The notes: generated by a model from the letters alone, not told the origin. Shown: positions 9,304-19,584, counted from the first letter of the stretch. The stretch: 64,000 nt of DNA from Candidatus Omnitrophota bacterium (GCA_015231405.1 JADGBR010000001.1:155964-219963), one strand, 5' to 3'. Program-made: numbers and translations.

Positions 9304-11898
9304 ATGAAAAGCGACAGGTTGACATTAAAAGCGCAGGAAGCGTTGAACGAAGCCATGAACCTGGCTTTAACGCTCGGGCACCAGGAGGTGGATGTTTTGC
9401 ACCTCCTTGAAGCGCTCCTTAAAGACCATGAGGGAGTCGTTCCGTTAATAGCCGAAAAGATCGGCTCTTCAAGAGAGGCGCTTTCCGGTTCATCTCAAAA
9501 AGAACTTTCCAAACTTCCTAAAGTGTACGGAGCCGGTACCGAAGCTTATTTATCCGGCCGTTTGAAATCCATTATAATGAAAGCCGAGGAAGAGGCCAAT
9601 GCCCTTGGCGATGATTATGTCGGCGTCGAGCATTTACTTATGGCGGCTTCTGACGGCGACAAGTGGCCGGGTCATGACATTTTGGCCAGGAACGGTATAA
9701 AGAAGCCCAACATACTCCGGGTATTAAAGGATATTCGGGGAGATCAAAAGATAAAGGACCAGGATCCCGAGGGTAAATACCAGGCGCTGCAAAGATACGG
9801 AAGGGATCTTGTTGAACTGGCTGACAGGGAAAAGATAGATCCCGTAATAGGCAGGGACGAAGAGATCAGGAGGCTCATACATGTCCTTTCACGGAGGACA
9901 AAGAACAATCCCGTTCTTATAGGAGAACCCGGAACGGGAAAGACGGCCGTTGTGGAAGGATTGGCCAGAAGGATATCTTCGGGCGATGTCCCCGGGAGCC
10001 TTAAGAACAAGAGGCTTATAGCGCTCGACATCGGTAGTCTCGTAGCCGGTACGAAATTCAGGGGTGAGTTCGAGGAAAGGCTGAAAGCCATTCTTAATGA
10101 GGTGCGCCGTAAAGCCGGTGAGGTCATTCTTTTTATTGATGAGCTTCATACTCTCGTCGGGGCGGGTTCGGCCGAAGGGTCCATGGACGCCTCGAATATG
10201 CTTAAACCGGCACTAGCGAGAGGGGAGCTTAAATGCATTGGGGCCACGACCCTGGATGAGTATAGGAAATACATAGAGAAAGATAAAGCTCTTGAAAGAA
10301 GGTTCCAGCAGATATTCGTAGGCGAGCCATCGGTAGAGAACACTATCGCTATACTCCGGGGACTTAAGGAGAGATACGAGGTACACCATGGAGTGAGGAT
10401 ATCCGACGAGGCTTTGATAGAGGCGGCAAAACTTTCCGACAGGTACATAACAGGAAGGTTCCTTCCTGATAAAGCCATAGACCTGATAGACGAGGCGGCT
10501 TCAAAACTTCGTATAGAGATCGATTCAATGCCCACCGAAGTCGACCAGAAGGAGAGAAGGATAAAGCAGCTGGAGATAGAGAAACAGGCGCTTCTCAAAG
10601 AACGGACAAAGCCCGAGATAATGGAGAAGCTCGATTCCCTGGAAAAAGAGCTTTTGGCCGGAAGAAGGGACCTCGAAGTCCTCCAGACACACTGGCAAAG
10701 AGAAAAGGACTTGATACAGAAGATACGCGAAGTGAAGGAAAAGATAGACCGTTCTAAAATAGATGAAGCTAACGCCGAAAAGGAAGGGGACCTGGCCGGG
10801 GTTTCCAGGATAAGGTATGGCATTCTGGTAGAGTTGGGAAAAGAGCTTGAGAAACAGACAGAAGAGCTGCGATCTTTTCAGAAATATAAAAAAATGTTGA
10901 ATGAGGAAGTTGAGGAGGAAGACATTGCAAAAATAGTCGGTGAGTGGACAGGTATCCCGGTGTCCAGACTCCTTGAAACTGAACTTGAAAAACTGGTCAA
11001 TATGGAAAAGATCATCAGGGAAAGGGTGGTAGGTCAGGATAAAGCCGTTGATTCGGTGAGTAACGCCGTAAGGCGAGCTAAAAGCGGTCTCTCGGACCCG
11101 GCAAGGCCGATGGGTTCCTTTCTTTTTCTCGGGCCTACCGGGGTAGGAAAGACCCATCTGGCGAAAACCCTCGCTTGGTTCCTGTTCAACGATGAAGAGG
11201 CCATGGTGAGGATAGATATGTCGGAATATATGGAGAAACACTCGGTGTCGCGCCTGATAGGTGCACCACCCGGTTATGTAGGATACGACGAAGGAGGACA
11301 ATTGACCGAAAAGGTCAGGAGGAGGCCTTATAGCGTGGTCCTCTTGGACGAAATTGAGAAGGCTCATCACGATGTTCTCAATATTCTCTTGCAGATACTG
11401 GAAGACGGCCGGTTGACGGACAATCAGGGGCACATAGTTAATTTCAAAAATACGATAGTGATAATGACCTCTAATATAGGAAGTCATCATTTCATGGACC
11501 CTAGCCAGACCGGTAAAGAGCTGGATGACGCCGTAACCGCCGACCTTAAGAGTGCTTTTCGTCCGGAGCTTCTGAACAGGCTGGATGACATCATCGTCTT
11601 CAACAGACTGGATGAAAAAGATATCGTTAAGGTGGCTAAGATAGAGATAGACCGTGTGAGGAGAAGACTGGCCGCGAAGGATATCGATCTCAAGGTATCG
11701 GCTAAGGCTGAAGAGGTCCTGGCAAGAAGGGGTTATAACGCTGAGCTCGGAGCGCGTCCCATGAAAAGACTTATCCGCAAAGAGGTCGAGGATAAAGCAG
11801 CTATAGCGCTCTTGAACGGAACGATAAAGGAACCCGGCACCGTAACGCTGGGATATGACATAAAAAAAGACGAACTGGTCCTGGAAACAAGGAGTTGA
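9304..11898 (+). CDS. clpB: ATP-dependent chaperone ClpB
   Basis: Clp_N repeats. Two AAA modules (GEPGTGKT; GPTGVGKT). Long coiled-coil M-domain between NBD1 motifs. Signature [25 protein letters not shown]. 864 aa. Confidence 0.95.
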   Translation: MKSDRLTLKAQEALNEAMNLALTLGHQEVDVLHLLEALLKDHEGVVPLIAEKIGSSREALSGSSQKELSKLPKVYGAGTEAYLSGRLKSIIMKAEEEANALGDDYVGVEHLLMAASDGDKWPGHDILARNGIKKPNILRVLKDIRGDQKIKDQDPEGKYQALQRYGRDLVELADREKIDPVIGRDEEIRRLIHVLSRRTKNNPVLIGEPGTGKTAVVEGLARRISSGDVPGSLKNKRLIALDIGSLVAGTKFRGEFEERLKAILNEVRRKAGEVILFIDELHTLVGAGSAEGSMDASNMLKPALARGELKCIGATTLDEYRKYIEKDKALERRFQQIFVGEPSVENTIAILRGLKERYEVHHGVRISDEALIEAAKLSDRYITGRFLPDKAIDLIDEAASKLRIEIDSMPTEVDQKERRIKQLEIEKQALLKERTKPEIMEKLDSLEKELLAGRRDLEVLQTHWQREKDLIQKIREVKEKIDRSKIDEANAEKEGDLAGVSRIRYGILVELGKELEKQTEELRSFQKYKKMLNEEVEEEDIAKIVGEWTGIPVSRLLETELEKLVNMEKIIRERVVGQDKAVDSVSNAVRRAKSGLSDPARPMGSFLFLGPTGVGKTHLAKTLAWFLFNDEEAMVRIDMSEYMEKHSVSRLIGAPPGYVGYDEGGQLTEKVRRRPYSVVLLDEIEKAHHDVLNILLQILEDGRLTDNQGHIVNFKNTIVIMTSNIGSHHFMDPSQTGKELDDAVTADLKSAFRPELLNRLDDIIVFNRLDEKDIVKVAKIEIDRVRRRLAAKDIDLKVSAKAEEVLARRGYNAELGARPMKRLIRKEVEDKAAIALLNGTIKEPGTVTLGYDIKKDELVLETRS

Positions 11899-11900
11899 AC

Positions 11901-12530
11901 ATGGCGCACGATTATTACAAGGTATTGGGAGTTAAAGAAGACGCGTCCGACGAGGATGTAAAAAAATCCTATCGTAAACTCGCGTTGAAATATCATCCTG
12001 ACAAAAATCCAGGGAATAAAAAAGCCGAAGAAGAGTTCAAGAAGTTATCCGAAGCCTATTTTACTCTTGGAGACCAGAAAAGACGGTCGGAATATGACCA
12101 GTTAAGGCGCCTGGGAGCGCATACGGATAATTATTCTTCCAGCCACGGCTTTGACCCTTCCGATTTCGCCAGGAATTTCTCTTCCGGCAGGGGTTCCGCG
12201 TCAGGATCGATGTTCGCTGATATATTCGGCGACTTATTCGGCGATATGAGCGGTTCGGGAAAAAAAGGCGGAACGTATTTTTATTCAACAGGCGCGGAGC
12301 CCGACAGGGAGGTCGATTCGGATATCGCCGCTGTTCTTCCTCTCCCAACACGTCTGGCTGAAAAGGGTGGAGAGGCGAATTTCAGACTTTCCGACGGAAA
12401 AAATATCAAGTTGAAGATACCAGCAGGCACCGAGGACGGTAAAAAAATGCGTCTCAGGGGACAGGGCAACGAGTGCCCGTGCTGCCGGCATCGCGGGGAC
12501 TTGATATTGACGATACAACTGAAGAAATGA
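11901..12530 (+). CDS. J-domain protein (DnaJ/CbpA-like, no zinc-finger domain)
   Basis: J domain DYYKVLGV...YHPDKNPGN with HPD tripeptide. G/S/F-rich linker. C-terminal DnaJ-CTD-like beta segment ([18 protein letters not shown]...GDLILTIQL). A start at 11895 (overlapping the clpB stop) is also possible. Confidence 0.75.
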   Translation: MAHDYYKVLGVKEDASDEDVKKSYRKLALKYHPDKNPGNKKAEEEFKKLSEAYFTLGDQKRRSEYDQLRRLGAHTDNYSSSHGFDPSDFARNFSSGRGSASGSMFADIFGDLFGDMSGSGKKGGTYFYSTGAEPDREVDSDIAAVLPLPTRLAEKGGEANFRLSDGKNIKLKIPAGTEDGKKMRLRGQGNECPCCRHRGDLILTIQLKK

Positions 12531-12538
12531 GAGAATAG

Positions 12539-12644
12539 AGAAGTCAGAATTCAGAATCCAGAAGCCAGAATAATGTTTTCTGGAATTGTCTCTTCTGAAT
12601 TCTGGATACTGACTTCTGGCTTCAAGGTTTTCAGTTATTTTTTT
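12539..12644 (+). terminator. second copy of the CAGAAT/CCAGAAG palindromic repeat family followed by a T-run; probable terminator
   Basis: agaagtcagaattcagaatccagaagccagaa (12539-12570) and ttctggaattgtctcttctgaattctggatactgacttctggcttc (12577-12622). The right arm shares TTCTGGATnCTGACTTCTGGnTTC with 4910-4937. ttttttt at 12637-12644. Confidence 0.45.
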
Positions 12645-12654
12645 GGGAGCATAC

Positions 12655-12954
12655 GTGAATAAGATCGATCTGGTACGGATATTTAAGGCTCTTTCGGACA
12701 GGACAAGGCAGGATATTCTTGAACTTCTTGTCAGCGACGAGATGAACGTAACGGACATATGCGCGTCCTTCAAAACCAGTCAGCCCACGATTTCCCACCA
12801 TCTTCAGATATTGAAGAGCTGCTACCTCGTCGATTCAAGGAAAGACGGGAAAGAGATATATTATTTCGTAAGGGAAGACGTCGTAAGGGACGTTTTCGGC
12901 GCGTTCTTCAAGAAGATGCGGATCGATGTCGTTGCGAAGACAGATCCCATGTAA
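12655..12954 (+). CDS. ArsR/SmtB-family transcriptional regulator
   Basis: HTH: LSDRTRQDILELL...MNVTDICASFKTSQPTISHHLQILK. A GTG start at 12655 is proposed; the ORF track uses TTG at 12643. Confidence 0.7.
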   Translation: MNKIDLVRIFKALSDRTRQDILELLVSDEMNVTDICASFKTSQPTISHHLQILKSCYLVDSRKDGKEIYYFVREDVVRDVFGAFFKKMRIDVVAKTDPM

Positions 12955-12955
12955 A

Positions 12956-13078
12956 AACGTAGGGGCGCCGTTCCACCGCCCTCGTGTCTTTTTCTATATT
13001 GATCCCAATTCAAAATAATATCATTCCCGGATAGATCATATTCTTTTAGGGGCGGGGGGACGGCGCCCCTACGTTTCA
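12956..13078 (+). repeat. long inverted repeat (~28-bp arms) enclosing a ~65-bp AT-rich segment
   Basis: aaaacgtaggggcgccgttccaccgccc (12956-12983) versus ggggcggggggacggcgcccctacgttt (13050-13077). The arms are near-perfect reverse complements. Confidence 0.5.
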
Positions 13079-13144
13079 TTTTAAATTCAACAATGTAATC
13101 ATATCTATTTGACAAGTAAATTTACTTGTTATATACTTGTATTA

Positions 13145-13312
13145 ATGAAGAAGAATCAATTTAAATTCTACGCTACGGTTTCAGATAGGGGGCAGATATT
13201 CATACCTAAAGCTCTGCAGAGGTATTTTGGTATAAAGAACAGGGATAAGGTGTCATTTGTCGTCGAAAAAGACGGGCATGTAGTATTCGGAAAAAGAAAA
13301 AAGGAGAACTAA
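13145..13312 (+). CDS. AbrB/MazE/SpoVT-family swapped-hairpin DNA-binding protein
   Basis: QIFIPKALQRYFGIKNRDKVSFVVEKDGHVVF resembles the AbrB-N looped-hinge helix fold. About 55 aa from the Met at 13145. Confidence 0.5.
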   Translation: MKKNQFKFYATVSDRGQIFIPKALQRYFGIKNRDKVSFVVEKDGHVVFGKRKKEN

Positions 13313-13313
13313 A

Positions 13314-13483
13314 ATGAAAAAAAAGTATATCCAGAAGTGCGTGATGGATAAAGCAGGACCGCCGGAAATGAAGAAAGTTTTCTTCGCTAAGGGGATCGGG
13401 GATAAAAGGGTTACCGAAATATACAGCAAATATTACCGAGACCAGGTAGCCGCGCTCTATAAAGCCGTGATCGTCGGGAAATA
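13314..13483 (+). CDS. small hypothetical protein (56 aa) directly downstream of the AbrB-like gene
   Basis: AAGGAG SD 8 nt before ATG 13314. MKKKYIQKCVMDKAGPPEMKKVFFAKGIGDKRVTEIYSKYYRDQVAALYKAVIVGK. Not in ORF track (under 60 aa). Confidence 0.3.
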
Positions 13484-13513
13484 ATAACCCAGGTCAAAAT
13501 AAAAGGAGGAGAA

Positions 13514-13774
13514 TTGAAATATAGAACTGTTATCGAAATAATATGCGAGGCGGATAATAAAGATGAGGCCTGTTTTCTGGCAGGCGAGTATCTTCGGGGG
13601 AAGTTAGACGAAGGAGAGATAATTACCGCGAAAGCTTTCCCATTGAGAGGTTTTAACGCGTTGAAATATGGTTTCTTTAGCATGGTCCTAATGATAGTGT
13701 TCTCTGCCCTGGTATTATGCGTAACTCCGATCGAGGGTAAAGATAGGAACAATAGGTCAACATTATTGAAATAG
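13514..13774 (+). CDS. hypothetical small membrane protein
   Basis: GGAGGAG SD then a TTG start. C-terminal TM helix FFSMVLMIVFSALVLCV. Confidence 0.3.
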   Translation: MKYRTVIEIICEADNKDEACFLAGEYLRGKLDEGEIITAKAFPLRGFNALKYGFFSMVLMIVFSALVLCVTPIEGKDRNNRSTLLK

Positions 13775-13895
13775 CATTATAGCGGGAAGTTCAGGATATA
13801 TCCCGGCAACAAATTCATTCTCTCCGTAAATCCTTCCAATTATTTAAGAACTATGATAATATTTCGAAAAGCATTTCGTATCCTTTTGAAGCCCT

Positions 13896-14420
13896 TTGAG
13901 CGCTTACAATCCAATGAATATTTTGATAATAGACGGATATAATGCAATTTACGCTATAGCCCCGGCGAGGGAAAAGCTCCGGGTAGGACTTAAGCAGGCG
14001 CGTGATTATATTTTGTCTCTATGCGGGGAATTTGTTCGCTCAAGCGGTTTTATAGATGATTTCAGGGTTGTTTTTGACGGTGATGACAGATACAGGGACA
14101 TCGAAAAGCTGATAGGACGCCTTTCCGAAAAGACAGTTTTTTCCCGTAAAGGCGAAGGCGATAATAAGATAATCCATATGATCCGGGAATGTTCAGGGAA
14201 AAATAAAGTTATAGTGGCGTCAAACGATAATTATGTCAGGAATAACGCGAGGGCATACGGCGCTAAATTAATAGACCCACGGGATATGCTCAAGGTTGCA
14301 AAGGGTGACCATATTTCTTGTGATGGATGTGAAAAGACGTTTGACAGGAACCTCATGGCCAGGATAACCAAAGAGTATATCAAGGAATTAAATGACCATA
14401 ATAATGGAAAAGAAGGATAA
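13896..14420 (+). CDS. YacP-like NYN/PIN-domain RNA-binding protein
   Basis: ILIIDGYNAIY motif and D-rich core typical of NYN_YacP. The true start may be Met 13914. Confidence 0.6.
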   Translation: MSAYNPMNILIIDGYNAIYAIAPAREKLRVGLKQARDYILSLCGEFVRSSGFIDDFRVVFDGDDRYRDIEKLIGRLSEKTVFSRKGEGDNKIIHMIRECSGKNKVIVASNDNYVRNNARAYGAKLIDPRDMLKVAKGDHISCDGCEKTFDRNLMARITKEYIKELNDHNNGKEG

Positions 14421-15420
14421 GGCCATCGGCCCTTTGAAGTCGATTATCGACGCAAAGACCTTCCTGGCGCCTCTGGCTGGCGTTTCAGATTTACCTTTCA
14501 GGATAATGGCGAGGAAATACGGCTGCGTGTTCGCTTTCACGGAGATGATAGACGTGAACGGGGTCTACTACGGCAATATGAAAACGCTTGATATGATAAG
14601 GACAAGGGAAGATCACGAAGGTCTTGGCGTTCAGATAGTCGGAGAGGACGCGGGAAAAATATTGAACGCCGCGGAGATATGCCAGGGTGAGGGTTTTTCC
14701 CTGGTTGATATCAACGCGGGATGTCCGGCCAGGAAGGTCGTTAGCGCTGGTAAAGGATCTGCCCTTCTTAAAGAACCGCTAAAATTGGCTTCGATCCTTA
14801 GATTGCTGAGAAAAAAGATCCATATCACGCTCACTCTTAAGATCAGGAGCGGCTGGGACGAAGCCAACATAAATTGTATAGAGATCTCAAGGATCGCGGA
14901 AGCTGAGGGGGTAAACGCCGTCACAGTGCATCCGCGTACGCAAAAACAGGCGTTCAAAGGCAAGCCCGATCATGACCTGACGAGAATGGTTAAGGAAGCG
15001 GTCGCAATACCGGTATTTGCCAGCGGGAACGTCTTCAGCCCGGAAGACGCGAAAACGATACTAACTCATACGGGATGCGACGCAGTGGCTATCGCCCGCG
15101 GTTCTTTCGGGAGACCGTGGATATTCAGCGATACTAGATCGTTCCTCGAGTCCGGTACTTACGGGTCCGCATTATCCCTTCAAGGACTAAAGAAAGTCAT
15201 TGAGGAACATTTTGAGATAGCCCTCGGATCTTTTGACAGGAAAAGGCTATTTTCCAGGATGTATAAACATATAACGTGGTACCTGAAGGGTTTTAAGGGG
15301 CTCGACCCCGTGATGCGCAGATATACCGGGATAAAAGACCTGGAAGGGTTAAAAATAATGCTTGTAGAATTGGAAGTTGATGAACGGAATAAGCTTTATT
15401 TTAAGGAGCGCAATGGCTGA
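14392..15420 (+). CDS. tRNA-dihydrouridine synthase (Dus family)
   Basis: LAPLAGVSDLPFR, DINAGCPARKV (catalytic Cys), TVHPRT motifs of the Dus TIM barrel. Confidence 0.85.
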   Translation: MTIIMEKKDKAIGPLKSIIDAKTFLAPLAGVSDLPFRIMARKYGCVFAFTEMIDVNGVYYGNMKTLDMIRTREDHEGLGVQIVGEDAGKILNAAEICQGEGFSLVDINAGCPARKVVSAGKGSALLKEPLKLASILRLLRKKIHITLTLKIRSGWDEANINCIEISRIAEAEGVNAVTVHPRTQKQAFKGKPDHDLTRMVKEAVAIPVFASGNVFSPEDAKTILTHTGCDAVAIARGSFGRPWIFSDTRSFLESGTYGSALSLQGLKKVIEEHFEIALGSFDRKRLFSRMYKHITWYLKGFKGLDPVMRRYTGIKDLEGLKIMLVELEVDERNKLYFKERNG

Positions 15421-16003
15421 AATAGTCCTGGCTTCATCTTCGAAACGGCGTTCCGAGATACTCTCGGCATGCGGGATAGCTCACAGAGTTCACCCCAGCG
15501 GGTCAGAAGAGATATCCGGAGAAGCTGGCGATATAACGAGGATAGTAATATGGAACGCCGAAAAAAAAGCCGAAAAAGTGGCCGGGCTCTTTCCTTGTGA
15601 GATCATCATAGGCGCAGACACGCTTGTAGTCGCCGGCGATAACTTGATAGGTAAACCATCTTCGGAAGAAGAGGCGAAGGATATTTTGAGGGGTTTTTCT
15701 GGCGGTTCGATCGAAGTCCATACTGGATTATGCGTTATCGACGCTTCTCTTGGGAAAAAAACACTGGGTTCGGATATCAGCAGGGTCAGGGTTGAAAAGA
15801 TCGGCAAGCATGAGGTCGAGAGATTGTTTTCCCTGTTGGGTCCTTATGATAAGGCAGGCGGGTTCAGCATAGAAGGCGTCGGCTCGATGATATTCGATAA
15901 TATCGAGGGTTCGTATTTTAACGTCCTGGGCCTCCCGATGATAAAATTACGGGAGCTTTTCGCCGTTATAGGTCTGGATATCCTTGATCATGTGAAAATA
16001 TGA
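15413..16003 (+). CDS. maf: Maf-like nucleoside-triphosphate pyrophosphatase
   Basis: IVLASSSKRRSEIL N-terminus. GKP motif. GFSIEG near C-terminus. Overlaps the next gene (ATGA). Confidence 0.8.
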   Translation: MAEIVLASSSKRRSEILSACGIAHRVHPSGSEEISGEAGDITRIVIWNAEKKAEKVAGLFPCEIIIGADTLVVAGDNLIGKPSSEEEAKDILRGFSGGSIEVHTGLCVIDASLGKKTLGSDISRVRVEKIGKHEVERLFSLLGPYDKAGGFSIEGVGSMIFDNIEGSYFNVLGLPMIKLRELFAVIGLDILDHVKI

Positions 16004-17061
16004 AACGCAACTACGTTATCCCTTTCTTTATTCCCCATAAAGGTTGCCCCGAGAGGTGTGTATTTTGCGACCAGGAGAGGATCTCGGGCGCTAGTCCTGA
16101 CGAAGGGCTCGATATCGAAAGCACGGTTGAAAAATATCTTTTAACTATACCCCGGTATGAAACAGACGTGGAGATAGGCTTCTTCGGCGGTACTTTTACA
16201 TCCCTTCCGTTCGAGGAACAGCGGCAATACCTGGAAAAAGCCGAGCCGTTCATAAGGGAGGGAAAGATCGGCGGGATACGGATATCCACCCGTCCGGATT
16301 CGATAGATGATGCCAAGCTGCTTTTTCTGAAAGGATATTCAGTTAAGACGATAGAGCTTGGGGTCCAGTCCATGAGGGACAGGGTCCTTTCCGCGGTAAA
16401 AAGAGGGTACGATGAAAAGGAAGTGGTCCTGGCCTCCGGCCTTGTGATCCGGCATGGATTTGTTCTTGGGCATCAGATGATGGTCGGTCTTCCCCAAAGT
16501 TTGCGGGAGGACGAATATTACACCGCCAGGAAGGCCGTTGAACTCGGCGCGAGCGAGGCGCGGATATATCCGACCGTCGTAATAAGGGGCACGGAGCTCG
16601 CTTCCTGGTGGCAAAAAGGGGAGTACACCCCTTTGACCGAGGATGCCGCTTTATCAGTTTGCGCGGATCTCATACTTTATTTTGAGCTTAATGACGTGAA
16701 GGTCCTCCGGTGCGGGCTGCATCCTTCGGATGGATTGACAAAAGGTAATGAGCTTTTGGCAGGCCCTTTTCATGAGGCTTTCAGACAAAAAGTGGAAAGC
16801 CGGATCTTTGGTAAAGTATTGGACATGCTTTTGCCCGACGGATGCATTGATAAAATCCATATCAACCCCCTTGATGAGGCGGCGTTCTTCGGATTTCGGG
16901 GCGAGAACACCGTAAAATTGACGATAAGGGGTTTGGACGTCAGGAAGTGCGTTGTAAGGGACCTAGGAATTGAGCGCGGCGGGGTGTTTGTCGCGACGCA
17001 CGGGGATAAGATGCTTTTGTCCAGGAAGATGATAGCGAAAAGCATATTCGGAAATATATGA
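16000..17061 (+). CDS. radical SAM protein, ELP3-like radical SAM domain without GNAT domain
   Basis: FFIPHKGCPERCVFCDQ (C-x3-C-x2-C) at N-terminus. 353 aa. Confidence 0.55.
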   Translation: MKRNYVIPFFIPHKGCPERCVFCDQERISGASPDEGLDIESTVEKYLLTIPRYETDVEIGFFGGTFTSLPFEEQRQYLEKAEPFIREGKIGGIRISTRPDSIDDAKLLFLKGYSVKTIELGVQSMRDRVLSAVKRGYDEKEVVLASGLVIRHGFVLGHQMMVGLPQSLREDEYYTARKAVELGASEARIYPTVVIRGTELASWWQKGEYTPLTEDAALSVCADLILYFELNDVKVLRCGLHPSDGLTKGNELLAGPFHEAFRQKVESRIFGKVLDMLLPDGCIDKIHINPLDEAAFFGFRGENTVKLTIRGLDVRKCVVRDLGIERGGVFVATHGDKMLLSRKMIAKSIFGNI

Positions 17062-17789
17062 TCATCATTCATGATTCGCGGCTCCCAGTGAAATATACCG
17101 ACGGTCTATCCGGTCTTTTTCCCGGCAGCCTACTCATCCCGCTGGACATGTCAGGGAAAAGCGGTGTCTACGAGTCAATAATATCGCATCCGGATATATA
17201 TTTTTTTCAGCCGGACGAAAGAACCCTCGTCCACTCCCCGAATATGAGAAAGGATGTTCTGGACAATTTATGCGAACTCGGGATTAAATTGATACCTGGC
17301 GAGGTTTCCCCTTCAGGGAATTATCCCGGGACGGTCTTATACAACGCGGTGAGGATAGGCCGGTTTGTGGTTGGGAATTTTGAATATCTTGATAACGCGG
17401 TAAAAGAAGTTATCCGCGAAATGGGATTATCGCCTGTCGATGTCGCACAGGGATATTCGAGGTGTTCGGTACTTCCGTTGAACGATAATTGCGCGATCAC
17501 CTCGGACAAAGGGATCTCACGTGAACTGGAGAAGAACGGGGTCGATACCCTCCATATTTCTCACGGGCATATAGTGCTTCCCGGGGAGGAGAGAGGGTTC
17601 ATTGGCGGTTCTGGTGGAAGGACTCCGGACGGATCAGTTGCCGTTCTCGGGGATGTCGTTTTTCATCCTGACACGCAGAGAATAAGAGAGTTTACCTTAA
17701 GGAAAAATATTAATTTTCTTGATTTAGCCGGTTGCCCATTGTATGATGCTGGAAGTATCATATTCTTGAAATTCAAGGAGCGGAAATGA
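17058..17789 (+). CDS. hypothetical protein
   Basis: 243-aa ORF translationally coupled to neighbours. No confident family. Confidence 0.35.
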   Translation: MIIIHDSRLPVKYTDGLSGLFPGSLLIPLDMSGKSGVYESIISHPDIYFFQPDERTLVHSPNMRKDVLDNLCELGIKLIPGEVSPSGNYPGTVLYNAVRIGRFVVGNFEYLDNAVKEVIREMGLSPVDVAQGYSRCSVLPLNDNCAITSDKGISRELEKNGVDTLHISHGHIVLPGEERGFIGGSGGRTPDGSVAVLGDVVFHPDTQRIREFTLRKNINFLDLAGCPLYDAGSIIFLKFKERK

Positions 17790-18127
17790 AAGTTACGATA
17801 GATAACAAAGAAAGTGTCGTTATTTGCCATATCGACGGCGAGATCAATATCGGAACTACCGAAGAGTTGAAAAAGCCATTCCAGCAGATAGTAGATTCCA
17901 GACCTAAAAAGGTTATCCTCGATTTTAAGCGCGTAGGGTATATCGACTCTCTGGGGATGGCCACTGTTATAGGTTTTCTCAAAGAACTTCAGAAGATAGG
18001 GGCTCTCCTGGGAGTCACCGAACTTGACCCGAAGATATATTCAATATTCAAAATAACGAAGGTCGACAAAGTCCTTAAGATATTCAATTCCCAGGAAGAT
18101 GCGATAAAGGGCCTCTCTCATGGATAA
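17786..18127 (+). CDS. STAS-domain anti-sigma-factor antagonist (SpoIIAA-like)
   Basis: Typical STAS topology with the phosphorylatable Ser context DSLGMATV. Confidence 0.7.
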   Translation: MKVTIDNKESVVICHIDGEINIGTTEELKKPFQQIVDSRPKKVILDFKRVGYIDSLGMATVIGFLKELQKIGALLGVTELDPKIYSIFKITKVDKVLKIFNSQEDAIKGLSHG

Positions 18128-18836
18128 TAAAAGCAAGTATTTCGAGTACGAGAAGATGATAAAAAAAGCCTACGAAGACCTGAAAAGGGCCTACCAGGAG
18201 GTCAAGGAATCTTATACTGAAATGATTTTCAGGCTTGCTCTTGTGGCGGAGTTCAAGGATGACTCGACCGGTACTCACCTTGTCAGGATCGCGGATTTTT
18301 CCACTGAGATCGCACGCGGGATGGACCTCGGCGAAAAGGATATAGACATGCTTAAATACGCCAGCCCCATGCACGATATAGGGAAACTGGTCGTTCCTGA
18401 CGCTATAATAAAGAAACCCTCCGGGTTAACTCCCGAAGAGCGCGAAGTGATAAAACAGCATACTACTATGGGAGCCGATATCTTCCAGGGCAGCCACTCG
18501 CCGCTTCTGATAGCGGCCAAGGATATTGCCTTGACCCACCATGAAAGGTATGACGGCACAGGTTATCCAAACGGGATGAAGGGGGAAGATATCCCTATAT
18601 ACGGCAGGATAGTGGCACTTGCCGATGTCTTTGACGCCCTGACATCCGTTCGCCCTTATAAAGCCGCTTTTGACTTTGATGAGGCTGTAGCCCTCATTAA
18701 AGATCAGACAGGCAAGCATTTTGATCCAAAAGTTGTCGACGCCTTTATTGCCAGACTGGATAACATCAGAAGGATGTGGCAGGCTTCAAAGGACGTTGAA
18801 GCTTTCATTTCAGAGAAAGAACTGAATACCCCCTAG
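18120..18836 (+). CDS. HD-GYP domain phosphodiesterase
   Basis: HDIGK ... HHERYDGTGYP motifs. Confidence 0.8.
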   Translation: MDNKSKYFEYEKMIKKAYEDLKRAYQEVKESYTEMIFRLALVAEFKDDSTGTHLVRIADFSTEIARGMDLGEKDIDMLKYASPMHDIGKLVVPDAIIKKPSGLTPEEREVIKQHTTMGADIFQGSHSPLLIAAKDIALTHHERYDGTGYPNGMKGEDIPIYGRIVALADVFDALTSVRPYKAAFDFDEAVALIKDQTGKHFDPKVVDAFIARLDNIRRMWQASKDVEAFISEKELNTP

Positions 18837-18907
18837 TCGATATCCTCTGATCTAAAAACAACAGAAATCAATACTTAGCCCTTAAGTTGATAAAAAGCGA
18901 AAAATAG

Positions 18908-18936
18908 TTGACAAAACAGCAAATATTTTTTACAAT
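18908..18936 (+). promoter_or_regulatory. consensus sigma-70-type promoter (TTGACA-17-TACAAT) giving a leaderless ECF-sigma transcript
   Basis: TTGACA 18908-18913, 17-nt spacer, TACAAT 18931-18936. ATG 18943 lies 6 nt after the -10 with no SD. Confidence 0.5.
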
Positions 18937-18942
18937 TAGAGT

Positions 18943-19584
18943 ATGGAAACAGATGAATTAATACGGAAATGTCTGGAAAAAGACAGCGGTGCCTGGGATG
19001 AATTTGTCAGAAAATATCAAAGTCTCGTCCATAGGAGCGTAAATTATAAACTTCGGGCACTAAACGTCAGAACGGGCGCATGTGAATTCAAAGATATCGC
19101 ACAGGATATTTTTCTTAAGATCTGGGAGTCTCAAAAATTGAGGGACATAAAGGATATAAAATGCCTGCCGAGCTGGCTCGCAATAGTTTCCATAAATTTC
19201 ACGGCCAATTATTGCAGGACAAAGAGGTTCGGAATAATTAACAAGGCGGTTTCTTTCGATGATGAGATAGATATTAAAGGGAGTACCGTTCGCCTTAGTT
19301 CGATCATCCCCGATAAGCAGAGGAACATTAATTCGTTTATCGAGAATAAAGAGCTTTTGGAGATAATGAAGAAAGAGATTAACTCTTTTTCGCTAAAAAA
19401 ACAGCTTGTACTAAAGTTCCATCTGTATGAAAATAAAAAACACAAAGAAATATCTCGTGTTATGAATTTACCGAGAAATACGGTCACGACTATGATAAAC
19501 AGGGCTAAGGGCCAGTTGTCGGAAAGGCTTAACGGCTATTTAAAAGAGAGCGGTAAAGACAAAGAGCTACTGGAAAGGATATAG
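18943..19584 (+). CDS. ECF-type RNA polymerase sigma-70 family factor
   Basis: Region 2 (DIAQDIFLKIWES) and region 4 HTH (NLPRNTVTTMINRAKGQL). Confidence 0.75.
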   Translation: METDELIRKCLEKDSGAWDEFVRKYQSLVHRSVNYKLRALNVRTGACEFKDIAQDIFLKIWESQKLRDIKDIKCLPSWLAIVSINFTANYCRTKRFGIINKAVSFDDEIDIKGSTVRLSSIIPDKQRNINSFIENKELLEIMKKEINSFSLKKQLVLKFHLYENKKHKEISRVMNLPRNTVTTMINRAKGQLSERLNGYLKESGKDKELLERI

